Positions 13,811 through 26,700 of a stretch of 64,000 nt of DNA are shown here, piece by piece. The notes beneath the pieces were generated by a model. It saw only the letters and a list, made by a program, of their open reading frames with translations. It searched no databases and was not told the origin of the DNA. Both the position numbers and the translations under genes were made by a program. Each line of letters starts with the position of its first letter. The first letter of the stretch is position 1. Source of the stretch: Octopus vulgaris (lineage: Eukaryota); the NCBI GenBank assembly GCA_951406725.2, contig OX597839.1, positions 8,742,001-8,806,000 of the forward strand, in the 5' to 3' direction.

Positions 13811-14014
13811 TTTTATACAAACCGCATTTTAATTGATGCTGGAATTTGAAACGTATTATTTTTCTATGAAGGAACAAATTCCCATTTTTAAACATATATT
13901 TCACTAATAAGTACGTGCTGTTTAGCGAATTCGAATTCTAGAGCTACTTAGACCGGAAGAGATGAACACTTCTGGTGCAAAACGAACAATAGAGGGAAGT
14001 TGATATATTTTTAT

Positions 14015-14410
14015 CTATTACTTCATTCAGGCATAGACTGCGGCCATGCTGGGGCACCGCCCTGAAGAATTTATAGTCGAATGTATCGACCCCAGTACTT
14101 TTTTGAAAAACTTGGTACTTATTCTATCGGTCTCTTTTTGATGAACCGCTAAGTTACGGTTACGTAAACAAACAAACCATCACCAGTGGTCAAACGGTGG
14201 TGAGGAACAAACAGACACATCACACACACATGCATATATATATATATATATATATACGACGGACTTCTTTCAGTTTCCATCTGACAAATCCACTCACAAG
14301 GCTTTTGGTCGACCGGAAGCTATAGTAGAGGACACTTACTCGAGGTGTCACGCAGTGGGAGCGAACCCGGAACTATGTGGTTGAGTAGTAAGCTTCTTAC
14401 AACACAGCCA
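14015..14410 (-). mobile_element. SINE family A, diverged
   Basis: Colinear with other A copies. Confidence 0.8.
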
Positions 14411-14560
14411 AACTTGTATAGAAGTGCATCCATTCTTCCAAGGAAACGAGTAATTGTTGCTTATTGAACATCCATATTATCCAGTTCGATATTTAAGAGA
14501 TGAGGAATTATTTACATTATTTACATTCGACGGATATTTGCCTTCATCTTGTTTGTTGTG

Positions 14561-14606
14561 AACACAACGTTTCGGCTGATATACCCTCAAGCCTTCATCA
14601 GGTGTC
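14561..14606 (-). ncRNA. Minimal type I hammerhead ribozyme motif
   Basis: GACAC-CTGATGA-A-GGCT..AGCC-GAAA-CGTT-GTGTT; intact core. Confidence 0.75.
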
Positions 14607-14968
14607 TTGGAGAAATTTCGAATCTGGGTTTTCATTCCTAAGGTATTTTTCGATGTTATTATTATCATCATCATCATCATCATCATCCTCCTCATTATTG
14701 TTATCATCATCATCATCATTATTGTTATCATTATCATCATTATTGTTATTATCATTATCATCATTATTATTCAGGTCACTGCCTGGAATCGAACTCGGAA
14801 CCGCGCTCTTAACCACTACGGCATATGCCGTAGGGGTTAAGAGCGCGGGCCACTAAACCCAAGATTCTGAATTCGATTCCAAGCAGTGACCTGAATAATA
14901 ATAACAACAACAACAACAACATCGAAAAATACTTTAATAATGAGAACCCAGGTTCGAAATTTCTCCAA

Positions 14969-15014
14969 GACACCTGATGAAGGCCGGGGGGTATATCAGC
15001 CGAAACGTTGTGTT
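14969..15014 (+). ncRNA. Minimal type I hammerhead ribozyme motif
   Basis: GACAC-CTGATGA-A-GGCCG..CAGCC-GAAA-CGTT-GTGTT; one stem II mismatch. Confidence 0.7.
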
Positions 15015-15731
15015 AACAACAAACAAGATGAAGACAAATAACCGTCGAATGTAAATAATGTAAATAATATCCATATTCTCATTGAGCAGCCTTGTTTCTG
15101 ATTAAAAAACCACGTGGCTCTTCGGCTGTTTACAAGCGCTTATTGGTGTAATGGCATGACGTGTTTAGAAGTTCATCGGCATATTCTATAAAGTTCGAAT
15201 ATATAAAAGTTGAGCAATATATTGCTCAACTTTGATATATTCGGACTTTGAATCAATTAAACTACGTTTTATGGCAAGTATCACCACCAAAATCTCTTGG
15301 ATTTCTGTTCAACATTACTATCGAATCACCATCGTGTGTAAATATATATGTACATAGATATATCTGTTTTAGTGTGTGTGTGTGTGTGTGTGTGTACACA
15401 AACACGTACGCACGCGTACACACAAACACACACAAATGTATGCAAGTATATGTATGCAATAATTTTGCAAATAGCCATGCATAGTCATACATGGATAGAC
15501 AGATATACAGGTGGACAAACAGATTAATAGACAGGCAGACAGATATACCTTTACATTATTATTATTATTATTATTATTATTATCATTATCAACATTTCAT
15601 TGTTTCCATTATTTGCCGAGTGTCTTCCTGACACCTAGGGCAGAGAAACGTACAGTATACATTAGTAGGCAATTAAAATAAACACACAAGATTGTTAATT
15701 ATTATTATTATTATTATCATTATTATTATTA

Positions 15732-15960
15732 CGGAGACGTACTTGCATAGCAAGTGATTTGATCTGAGATCGTGTGCTGAAACGAAAACAATTGCAGCGT
15801 GGAAAGTGTTTGTAAGCCATTTAAGAAACACACAAAAGCCGTTCGATTCTCTTCAACATTTAAGTTTAATTTGTCAAAATATTTTCGTCGCTTTATGACC
15901 GCGACCTGTTCACTGACAAAAATATTTTGACAAATTAAACTTAAATGTTGAAGTGAATCG
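15732..15960. mobile_element. Foldback repeat, possibly Penelope-derived; partial copy at 47799-47910
   Basis: 42-bp inverted repeat 15844-15885 / 15919-15960; the left part recurs near 47.8 kb. Confidence 0.6.
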
Positions 15961-15989
15961 ATTATTATTATTATTATTATTATTATTTA

Positions 15990-16266
15990 CTTTTAATCTG
16001 CATGTTTGCTACAAACACTTGCCGAGACACACCCAGCGTCTTGGGGCGAGTGAAGGATAAGAGATGTTACAGTATGACTGAAAGCTTGGGAGGAGGAGTG
16101 GCAAGTAGCGAAATATCTTCATGTAATACAACACAAACATTTAAATGGATAGGGTTTTTCTAAGGATGTGGGTAGTACTTGTCAGCACAATCTTTTGAAT
16201 TTCTCTGAGACATGATTCTCCTGGGATCTTATCTAGATGTTCCTGACATCCCCTTCTTATGGCATT
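15990..16266 (-). mobile_element. R4/Dong-type LINE 3' fragment between (TAA)n tracts
   Basis: HLDKIPGESCLREIQKIVLTSTTHILRKTLSI* resembles the C-termini at 46.3-47.3 kb. Confidence 0.7.
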
Positions 16267-16295
16267 ATCATTATTATTATTATTATTATTATTAT

Positions 16296-16737
16296 TGAGT
16301 GAGAGAGCAGTGCATGCCATCAAAGTGATACTGGAGTACAAATATACGAAGCCCAACATACCCATCATGACTACCCGTCTGATAAAGGTACACCAGGTAC
16401 ATGCACCACAACCATATGTGCGCGATATGGTGATCTCGTATCAAGATAAACAGTGCATGACCTTGCAGGTGGAACCCAGTTAGAATTTTCTTCAGGTTGA
16501 GAAGCTCATCCCGCTCAAAAGGTCCCCGAATGAGGGTTGTTTAAGGATGTTGAATGAAACACCCATGTTTCCAAGAGTGAATTATTCAAACCCCAAAGAA
16601 TTCCTCTCAACACATGGCTATGATGCACCCTCAATACTTCTGCTCGTGATCAGAGATGCACATATCGTCAGTCACTAAAGGATATGCTCAACTGGTTATG
16701 GTCAAACAACTGACAAGCAAACCTGTGGTGTTGAGCA
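16296..16737 (-). mobile_element. Unclassified element ending in (AAT)n
   Basis: GC-richer block abutting the (TTA)n tract; no second copy in the window. Confidence 0.4.
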
Positions 16738-17263
16738 TGTACATATACGTATGTATTCATCGTTATTTTATTTATTTCATTCAATTTTAGAAAAGCTGAA
16801 GCATGTCTGACAATTCCGGAGTATATTGAACTTATTTTGTGCGTTACTTTTGGCCCACCCTGTATTTCCACTGCTATTTTATCGTCTGGCTACAAGTCAA
16901 AAAATCACTTCAAAGAAACCCTCAAAAGAAATTACAAAGCGAAACATTTACCAAGCTAAAGAATAAAATAAAACATCAAAGTACACTAAAAAGAAATGGT
17001 AAAATTGTAGAATATGAAAAAAATAATCACGAGTCAATAAAAAAACGCATAACAAATAACATCTTTTGACAGCAATAACAAGAACAACACTAGTACGCGT
17101 TCACACATTCGGTCAAATGAAAGGTGCAAACAAACTATCGCACTGCTCTATCTACCATTTAATACTGCGTGTCAAAGTGTGCAATATGTTCGTGAGACAG
17201 GTGAAGGTATAATATGCCTTCAACAATAAACAGATCTATAAGTCGACATTATATAGCATATGT

Positions 17264-17580
17264 GGAGGCGCAATGGCCAAGTGGTTAGAGCAGCAGACTC
17301 GCGATCGGAGGATCGCGGTTTCGATTCCCAGAACGGGCGTTGTGTGTGTTTATTGAGCGAAAACACCTAAAGCTCTTCGAGGCTCCGGCAGGGGGTGGTG
17401 ATGACCCCTGTTGTACTCTTTCGCCCCAACTTTGTCTCACTCTTTCTTCCTGCTTCTTGGGTAACGCTGCGATGGACTGGCGTCCCGTCCAGCTGGGGGG
17501 GGGGGGAACACATACGCCACAGAAACCGGGAAACCGGGCCCATGAGCCTGGCTAGGCTTGAAAAAGGCGCATAAAAAAAA
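17264..17580 (+). mobile_element. SINE family C, tail type 1
   Basis: GGAGGCGCAATGGCCAAGTGG head, GGTTTCGATTCC B box; TSD TAGCATATG. Confidence 0.85.
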
Positions 17581-17665
17581 TATATGTAGCATATGCCTAC
17601 AGTTGGTCGATGTATGCAGAACAATGGTTGATATTCAGAATCAAGGTGGACACTGGAGAGATTGC

Positions 17666-18086
17666 GGATCTTTTCGGTTTGACCGGCAGTTTTTTAAAAC
17701 AATTTCCACGTAACTAAACACTTTTAAACTTCGTATACTGGTAGAATGTGTTTATAAAACATATTTTTCTCTTGGCTTTATTGAGAAAATTCTATAGTTT
17801 GTAAGATATTTGTTGTTTTTTCTTCAATTTCTGCAATTTCAACCAATCAATAACGTCTATTGAGGTGAAAACATTCTGTGCCGTATGAATATGTTCCTCG
17901 TTTCAGAAACAGATTGGGTTTATTTACATTTGTGAAGAAAAAAAGACACCCTTCCCCCCACCCATAATCCTAACTCTAACCCTAAAACAGATTGAAATGC
18001 AATAGATCGATACTAGGGTCATAATTATGGGTGACAATTTCATATGACACCGCTAAAAAAAACTACCGTTCAAACCGAAAAGATCC
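17666..18086. mobile_element. MITE H (GGATC TIRs, 8-bp TSD; Merlin-like termini)
   Basis: TIR GGATCTTTTCGGTTTGA; TSD GAGATTGC on both sides. Confidence 0.9.
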
Positions 18087-19201
18087 GAGATTGCTACTAA
18101 CGTTTCACAGTCATTTATTTAGGAGACGGGTGCGGTATTGCCACAGCGTATCACAGAGTTGCACGGAAGGAAGTGAGTAATGTAGAGTTATCGCCCAAGA
18201 TTCACGGTAATGCTCATTGTTCCATCAAAGGAAAATTTGAGACATCCCTGACACGATGTTGAATAAAACTTTTATTGGGAGAGGGTTAGGGTGTGTGGCA
18301 TCACCTACGCCATCTACAAAACGCGGTGTTCGAGAAACACCTGACCATTAGCTGGTTCCACTATATTTCGAAAGGAGAAATACGAAAATTACTGTTAACG
18401 GCATTGTTGCTGACAGTAGTCCTTGGCCTTTTAGTGGAACAAAATGGGCAGGCTGTCCGTGATGACATAACATTCGTGGTAGGTGGTCGGATGGCTATCA
18501 TTGTAGACATACAAGTCCTTATAACACCAAAACAATACCAGAAACATATTTTCCAGAGGACTTAAAAGAGGTTTTAAAACTGTCTCTAGACACATGTACC
18601 AGTGAAAGTAATTTATGGAACACCACCTTAAAACTCAGAGAAATACAAACTGCTACACATGCGCCGGTAAAAGCCTATTAGGGGTTTTCAGTCTCGAGAG
18701 TTTAAAGGGACAATAACAATAAATTATGTAGATTGCTGGTCCTAAGGCGGCAACGCAATATAAAGTAGCACCAGACAATTCTCAAGTCGTGAAATATCAC
18801 CGTTCTTCATTGCCAAGAGCTAATCAAGGGACTCAAGTATATCCAGTTCCAGTCACAACTGGTGGAGATAATGAATCACCCACCGCAATAGCACAACAGC
18901 AAGAACTAAAGGTCACTTTATTGTATATAATCCTCAAATCCACAAAATGATATTTCAGTGATAATGCCCTTGTTCTGCCCTCCTTTGATTGTTCGCTTTT
19001 ATGGGACCCAAATTCCCTTAAATAAGCAGCCAACTATTATGTAGAGTAGAGCTAAGGCCATTCGAACCCTCTGGTCACCTTAAAATCTTCTCTGTCCAGT
19101 GTGCTGTCTGTTTGCAGCGTTGCAGTATTATTCTTCTCCTTTTTTCTTTCGTTTGGCAAAGAATGAATTTTATTTTTTTTTATCAATATTAGAGAATTGG
19201 T

Positions 19202-19515
19202 GGAGGCGCAATGGCCCAGTGGTTAGGGCAGCGGACTCGCGGTTGTAGGATCGCAGTTTCGATTCCCAGACCGGGCGTTGTGAGTGCTTATTGAGCGAAA
19301 AAAAAAACCCAATGCTCCACGAGGCTCCGGCAGGGGGGGGGGAGCGATCCCTGCTGTACTCTTTCGCCACAACTTTATCTCACTCTTTCTTCTGCTGGCC
19401 TGCTCGCTTAGCCAGCGGGGTGGCGTCATTTGAAGGCTAAAACAATGCGAAGCGCATTATGACCAGCGATGTGTAGCAACATCAGATAGCCTAGTTCGTC
19501 ACGATGATCACAGTG
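19202..19515 (+). mobile_element. SINE family C, tail type 2
   Basis: Same head and body as 17264; TSD ATTAGAGAATT. Confidence 0.85.
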
Positions 19516-19530
19516 ATTAGAGAATTATTT

Positions 19531-19750
19531 AAGGCAGTGAGCTGGCAGAATCGTCAGCACGCCGGACAAAATTCTTAGCGGCGTTTCGTCTGTCTTTACG
19601 TTCTGAATCCAAATCCCGCCGTGGTCGACTCTGCTGTTCATCTCTTTCGGAGTCGATAAAATAAGTACCAGTTGAGTACTGGAGCCGATGTAATCGACTG
19701 ACCCCCTCCCTCAAAGTTGCTGGCCTTGTGCCAAAATTGTAAAATCAATA
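19531..19750 (+). mobile_element. SINE family B, variant tail
   Basis: B head and central domain with a different 3' end. Confidence 0.75.
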
Positions 19751-19860
19751 TTAGAAAATTATAAAGAAACATCATGTAATTGGTATTTTGAATTATGTAC
19801 CACATAACTTATTTGGTTCAAAAATTCAATGAGATTATACTTGTATATAATTTTCTGTGC

Positions 19861-20243
19861 AGGCGCAATGGCCCAGTGGTTAGGGCAGCGGACTCGCGGT
19901 CATAGGATTACGGTTTCGATTCCCAGACCGGGCGTTGTGAGTGTTTATTGAGCGAAAACACCTAAAAGCTCCACGTGCTCCGGCAGGGGATGGTGGTGAT
20001 CCCTGCTGTACTCTTTCACCACAACTTTCTCTCACTCTTACTTCCTGTTTCTGTTGTGCCTGTATTTCAAGGGGCCGGCCTTGTCACTCTGCGTCACGCT
20101 GAATATCCCCGAGAACTACGTTAAGGGTGCACGTGTCTGTGGAGTGCTCAGCCACTTACACGTTAATTTCACGAGCAGGCTGTTCCGTTGATTCGGATCA
20201 ACCGGAACCCTCATCGTCGTAACCGACGGAGTGCTTCCATCCC
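19861..20243 (+). mobile_element. SINE family C, tail type 3
   Basis: Same head and body; TSD ATATAATTTT. Confidence 0.85.
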
Positions 20244-20699
20244 ATATAATTTTATAACAGTTATAAAATTCAATCTTGTGCCAGGTGATAGGGAAAAAGA
20301 GGAGCGGGGACAAAGTGGGCGGTACCGTCCCTCTGAGGGCGGTGGAAAGGTCCAGGGGAGGAAGGTGCTGAAGAAAAATGGGGTGATAATGGGGTGGCCA
20401 AAAGGTGCCAATGGATGTAAAAACAACGAAATAATGGAATATAGTTGTTTTGAATTTGCTGCAGAAAGTGGTCTATTTGTGGTGGTGGTGGTAAGTGGGA
20501 ATGTGGTGCTAGGAATGTGGCATGAGTGCCAATGGGGCAGCAGCCTGAAAAAGTTTGGGAACCACTCTTCTACACGATGGTTGACCATCTGTTTCAGTGA
20601 CTTTGAGCCCTACGAAAGCGACCCATCGAAAAGATGTACAAATGGATTATCTTCCGGTCACTTGAACGTTGAGGTAAGCTTTTAATTGAGTCTCCAGAT

Positions 20700-21286
20700 C
20701 GGTGGTTCTCAACCGGGGTCCGTATGACCCCTGAAGAATCCATACAATATATTTGGGGGGTCCGGCGACGAGCTGGTAGAAACGTTAGCACGCCGGGCGA
20801 AATGCTTAGCAGTATTTCGTCTGCCGTTACGTTCTGAGTTCAAATTCCGCCGAGGTCGACTTTGCCTTTCATCCTTTCGGGGTCGATTAAATAAGTACCA
20901 GTTAATCACTGGGGTCGATGTAATCGACTTCATTTCCTTGTCTGTCCTTGTTTGTCCCCTCCGTGTTTAGCCTCTGTGTGGGCAATAAAGAAATAAATAT
21001 TTGGGAAGGGGGTTCCACGCAAGCAGAATAATAAATTGGGTACCGACAGTAATATTTTAAGGATCCATGAAAAAATTGACTCTTTAACTGTATGTATTGT
21101 AAGACAAAGCAAGATTTCGCTCCCTGACATTTTACATAGTTTAACCAACACAAGTTAATGTGTGAACAGCAAAATAGGAATTTTGAAAGAAAATTCAATA
21201 AAACTAGTTCTTAAATATCAAATGGCTTTAGGGGTCAACCGGAGTAATCAAAGGGGCCCGGAGGCAAAAATGGTTGAGAACCACTC
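20700..21286. mobile_element. hAT (Charlie-like) MITE with a nested SINE B (about 20763-20997)
   Basis: TIR GTGGTTCTCAACC / GGTTGAGAACCAC. Confidence 0.7.
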
Positions 21287-21287
21287 C

Positions 21288-21740
21288 ATTGTCTTTGTTG
21301 CTGTGTAACCTCGGGTCATTGGTGTCGAAGCATACCCGTGGACGTAGTAACGAACAACAAGTTGTGATCCCGTGATGGGTCATACTCGCGTGAGATGCAG
21401 TGTAATAGTCTAGACTTCTTGTAATATCTTTCTCCACTATCCTTCTTTTCCCTATGTCTGTCTGTTATTGAATTTGCTGCTGCTGTTGTATAACCTCGGA
21501 TCAGCTCAATTCAAATAGGAACGAGGTCGACCGAACATCTAGTATAGGTGCGAAGTACAAGCTGTTTATTCTTTTGTTTCTCTGCATCAGGTTGACGACT
21601 AAATTCCATATATTCACATGCTGCGATTGACGTCTAAGAACACCTTGTAGGTGATGGGCAGAAGACTAATGGGTCAGTAGTTCTTCAGATCCGTTTTGTC
21701 ACCTTTCTCGTAAAGCAAGACCACTATCGCATTCATCGAA
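21288..21740 (-). mobile_element. Deleted RTE-like LINE derivative, copy 1
   Basis: Homologous to 25495-26310. Confidence 0.7.
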
Positions 21741-22227
21741 TGGCTTTGGGGGTTCACCGGAGTAAAAGAGTAATCAAAGGCGTAGATTTTTAAAAAAGTG
21801 CTTATGGACCACAGCACCAAATAAAGTATACTTCTCATAAGTTCGGAGAATTTTTAAATAGAGTTCGTCAATTATATCGGCTCCAGTACTTGCTTTGTAC
21901 TATATTATATCGAACTGAGAAGAATGAAATGCAAAGATGTCCTCGGCAGAATTTGAACTCAGAACGTTGGAGCATGTTATTCAACGCTCTAACGGTTCTG
22001 CCAAACTATTGGCATAATTATAATAACGGTTTCTTACTTAAGCATAAGGCCAACGATTTGGAAAGGAAGGGAAGGGGTTAGCCGATACCATTGGCCTCAA
22101 TACTGTTCCTTAATTTTATGGATCCCGAAAGATTGAAAGGCAAAGTTAATCTCAGCAGGATTTGAACTCAAAGCGTAGAGAGCCGGAACAAATACTCACC
22201 CACCCCACCAAGCATTTTTCTACCACT

Positions 22228-22255
22228 CTAGTAGTAGTAGTAGTGGAGGTGGTGG

Positions 22256-22296
<41 letters not shown>

Positions 22297-22402
22297 TGTT
22301 GTTGTAGCAGCAGCAGCAGCGGCAGTGGTGGTGAGTAGTAGTAGTAGTAGTAGCAGCAGCAGCAGTGGTGGTGCAAGTAGTAGTAGTAGTAGTAGTAGTG
22401 AT
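22228..22402. repeat. (TAG)n/(CAG)n microsatellite
   Basis: Direct reading. Confidence 0.95.
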
Positions 22403-23282
22403 GATTACGATTTCTATATTGACCACAGGGACACAGCCCACGATTGACAAGCCATGAATAGCACGAACATGATGATGATGATGACCACCACCACCACCAC
22501 CACGATAGTGATTTAAATAGAGTTACTACACGATCAAAATGTGTCCTCTTTGTGCTAAGCGACAGGAATGCATTAACCTTAGGTGACAACACACATCTAT
22601 AAAGATAGCATTTGTCAAATAATATTTCATATTTCTTCTTTTTTGTGTGGGGCAACGGTATGAGAGGTGGGTGAAATAAAGAGGTCTTTCTCTCATCTCC
22701 TGTTTTTTTATGTTTGTTGCTTGTGGTTGCAATTATTTTGTTTTTCGCTGTTTTTTTTATTCCTTTTTGTTGTCGAACTATTTTTTGTTGTTTTTGTTTG
22801 GTTCTGTTTTTTTTTTTTTTTTTTGGGGGTTTTTTGGGGTTTTTTTTCATAACCAATTCGAAGAAATATCTAGGTGAAGGTTTTCCTTCTCGTTAATGTT
22901 TCCAGCGCTAATTGATTTGGAACGGCAGTGACCCCACAAGCTGGCAGCAACATCGTTAAGGTTATAGTGTCACGATCATCCCCCGTGTGTGTGTGTGTAG
23001 ATGGATTGATGGATGGCTAAATGGATGTATATTGTGTATGTACGTATTTATGTATGTGTATATGTATGCGGCGCGTAAGTACATATTGTATGTGTGAGTG
23101 TGTTGAGAAAGAATCTTAATGATGCAACCGACCGTAAACAAGCCATCTTAATTGGGGTAGAGTCAAAAGACAGTGTTCGATATCGTTCGTCTGTCATTTT
23201 ATGAAATGCTCCATCTTGCATCAGTGAACTCATCTATGGAAATAATTAATCCGGACATCCCACCTTGGAACACCTACCTGGG

Positions 23283-23654
23283 GGAGAAGAAGAAGAAGAA
23301 GAAGAAGATGTGGAGGAGGAGAAGAAAGAGGAAGATGTAGAAAAAGGAAAAGAAGAAGAAGAGGAGGAGGAGGTGAAGGAGAGGAGAAGAAAGAGGAAGA
23401 TGTAGAAAAAGGAGAAGAAGAAGAAGAGGAGGAGGTGAAACAAGAAGAGGAGGTGGAGGAGAGGAGAAGAAGAAAGTGAAGATGTAGAAAAAGAAGAAGA
23501 AGAAGAAGAAGAAGAAGAAGAAGAAGAAGGAGGTGAAACAAGAGGAGGAGAGGAGAAGAAGAAAGAGGAAGATGTAGAAAAAGGAGGAAAAGAAGAAGAA
23601 GAAGAAGAAGAAGAAGAAGAAGAAGAAGAAGAAGAAGAAGAAGAAGAAGAAGAA
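23283..23654. repeat. (GAA)n/(GGA)n purine tract with higher-order units
   Basis: Direct reading. Confidence 0.95.
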
Positions 23655-23808
23655 ATAGTAAAGGTTTACGAAAACGGTGCTGAATTTTTTTATTATATCT
23701 TATATTTTTGTTGCGTGTATTTGTTGATGTTTTCTTGTTTTGTTCTTGTTATTATTTTTGCGGAAGCGAGGAAAACTGTGATAAATTAACACCACCAAAA
23801 GGTAGAAT

Positions 23809-23878
<70 letters not shown>

Positions 23879-24088
23879 TGTCTGTGTGTGTGTGTGTATG
23901 TGTGTGTATACACACATGTGTGTGTGTTTATATATATATATAGTTAATCCAATGCATATATAAATGTATGTGTACATATATATGTATGTATGGATAATAT
24001 ATATGTATATACAAATATTTATATGCATACATATGTACATAGGCACATGTATATATACACACATTAGATAGACAGATAGATAGATAGG

Positions 24089-24130
<42 letters not shown>

Positions 24131-24176
24131 CATATATATACACATATAAATATAGAAACATACAAGCATATGTACT

Positions 24177-24210
<34 letters not shown>

Positions 24211-24689
24211 TACACGCACACACACACACTTATGTATTCACATACACGCACACACATACTCACGCGCGTACATAAGTACATACGTACGTATGGTTTACTG
24301 CGACAGGGCGAAGCCGCTATATCTAAATTGGAACCATTCACCCGCGAGTTCTGATCAGTATGGAAGGACATTTGATTTATCAGAATCGTTAAATGTCTTG
24401 GGAAATCACACCCTACCACACCTACAATCACACCCTTACCCACACCATCCCAACAACACTTCCACCTCCTCCTCCACATTTTAGCAACTCGTAATTATTC
24501 CAAAACATTCCTGACTAATTATGAATTCCTCCATTCTTAATAGTTAATCAGCTCTTGACCAATACTTACGTACATACATTACACACACACGTACACACAC
24601 AAACACACACACACACGTACACACATAAACGCACACACAGATATATGTATGTATAGAAAGTGTGTTGTATATATATATATATCTTTTAT

Positions 24690-25095
24690 CTTTTATCTTT
24701 TACTTGTTTCAGTCATTTAACGGCGGCCATGCTGGAGCACCGCCTTTAGTCGAGCAAATCGACCCCGGGACTTATTCTTTGTAAGCCCAGTACTTATTCT
24801 ATCGTTCTCTTTTTGCCGAACCGCTAAGTGACGGGGACGTAAACACACCAGCATTGGTTGTCAAGCAATGCTAGGGGGACAAACACAGACACACAAACAC
24901 ACACGCATACATATATATATATACATATATACGACAGGCTTCTTTCAGTTTCTGTCTACCAAATCCACTCACAAGGCATTGGTCGGCCCGGGGCTATAGC
25001 AGAAGACACTTGCCCAAGATGCCACGCAGTGGGACTGAACCCGGAACCATGTGGTTGGTTAGCAAGCTACTTACCACACAGCCACTCCTGCGCCT
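24690..25095 (-). mobile_element. SINE family A, full length
   Basis: Colinear with other A copies. Confidence 0.9.
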
Positions 25096-25236
25096 ATATA
25101 TGAAGTATATATATATGTGTATAAGGGTATTTATACACGAAAGGTCACCTCTTTCGTGTATAAATACACACACACTCGCACACAAACACACACACATACA
25201 TATGTATATATACTTTGTATATATGTATATACAGGA

Positions 25237-25268
<32 letters not shown>

Positions 25269-25494
25269 TACATACACACACACATACACACACGGGGCGT
25301 AGAAATGGTTGTGTAATTAAGTTCACTTCAAAAAAACGTAGTTTTGCGTTCAATCCCAGTGCGCGGCACTTTGGGCTAGTGTCTTGTACTATAACCATGG
25401 GCCAACTAATGCAAAGTGAAGGAATTTGGTCAACGGGAACTCAGTGAAATTTCGTAGTAGTGATGGAGGGGGTTTATAGTAATGGCGTTGTTTT

Positions 25495-26700
25495 TCTTGT
25501 CTTTGTTGCTATGTAACCTCGGGTCATTGCTGTTGCAACATACACGTGGACGTAGTTACGAACGACAAGTTGTGATCCCGTGATGGGTCATACTCGCGTG
25601 AGATGCAGTGTAATAGTCTAGACTTCTTGTAATATCTTTCGCCACTGTCCTACTTTTCCCTATGTCTGTTGCTGTTGATTTTGTTGCTGCTGTTGTATAA
25701 CCTCAGATTAGCTCTGTTCAAATAGATCTGAACATCATTGAAATGTAGTCGACCGAACATCTAGTATAGGTGCGAAGTACAAAGTGTTTATCTTTTGTTT
25801 CTCTGTATCAGGTTGACAACTGAGACCCCCTTTGGTCACGACACTGACCATGGGATTGCACCTGGAAAGTTACCCTCCCAGGCACAAGTCCAGGCAAGGT
25901 TGTTTATGGAAGACCAGCAGTTGCCCATGCATACCGGCCTCCCCTCTCAACGCCACCAGTGTTATCCAAGGGAAAGGCAAAGGGGCCGATACAGCTTGAC
26001 ATCCGTGACGTCGCAACTCATTTCTACAGCTGAGTGAACTGGAGCAACGTGAAATAAGGTGTCTTGCTCAAGAACACAACACGCAGCCCGGTCCGGGATT
26101 CGAGCTCACAACCTCACAATCGTAAGCTCAGTGCTCTAACCACTGAGCCATGCGCCTTCATAGGTTGACACCTATATTCCATATTTTCACATGCTGTGAT
26201 TGACGTCTAAGAACATCTTGTAGATGATGAGCAGAAGACTAATGGGTCGGTGGTTCTTCAAATCCGTTATGTCACCTTTCTTGTAAAGCAAGACTACTAT
26301 TGCATTCTTCCAATTGTTGGGGACTTTGCCTTCTTCGAAGCACCTATTGAACAGTTTGGTGAACATCATTACAGTGGGATCTTCACCATCCTAAAGTATG
26401 CCAACAGAGATGTTACCTACACCAGGCACCTTGTCTCCCTTGAGTTATTTGACGCTCGCTCTTGTATAGGATGGTATGACGGCAGGAAGGCTTAGGATTG
26501 GAGCTGTGTTATTTGAGAATGGATGGTCTTGAGGTCATCTGGTACAATACAGATTGCTATAGAATTCCTTACATCGTTTGATAAGCCTATTTAGGTCACT
26601 AATGATTGTACCGTCATCTGAAAGGGGGCTGATATAATCTTTCCCTAAACATTGTTTTCTTTTGACAGACTTCGGGCCTCTATTCTCTTTGAGAGCTTTA
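25495..26700 (-). mobile_element. Deleted RTE-like LINE derivative, copy 2, with RT N-terminal fragment
   Basis: LFNRCFEEGKVPNNWKNAIVVLLYKKGDITDLKNHRPISLL is the non-LTR RT N-terminal signature. Confidence 0.85.
25819..26161 (-). mobile_element. SINE family I; partial second copy at about 61352-61500
   Basis: GGCGCATGGCTCAGTGGTTAGAGC head, GCTCGAATCC B box, CORE-like TTCTTGAGCAAGACAC; TSD AGGTTGACA. Confidence 0.85.

Larger units (their letters stand above)
14479..15068. mobile_element. Head-to-head palindromic dimer of SINE family D (tRNA-like head, microsatellite, hammerhead tail)
   Basis: Symmetry centre GGCAT|ATGCC at 14824/14825; B box GAGTTCGATTCC; ATCCATATT repeated at 14470-14478 and 15069-15077. 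Confidence 0.85.

Noticed and set aside
17264-17340. tRNA genes at SINE heads (families A, B, C, D, I)
   Set aside because: A and B boxes are present, but the cloverleafs are incomplete and continue into repeat bodies
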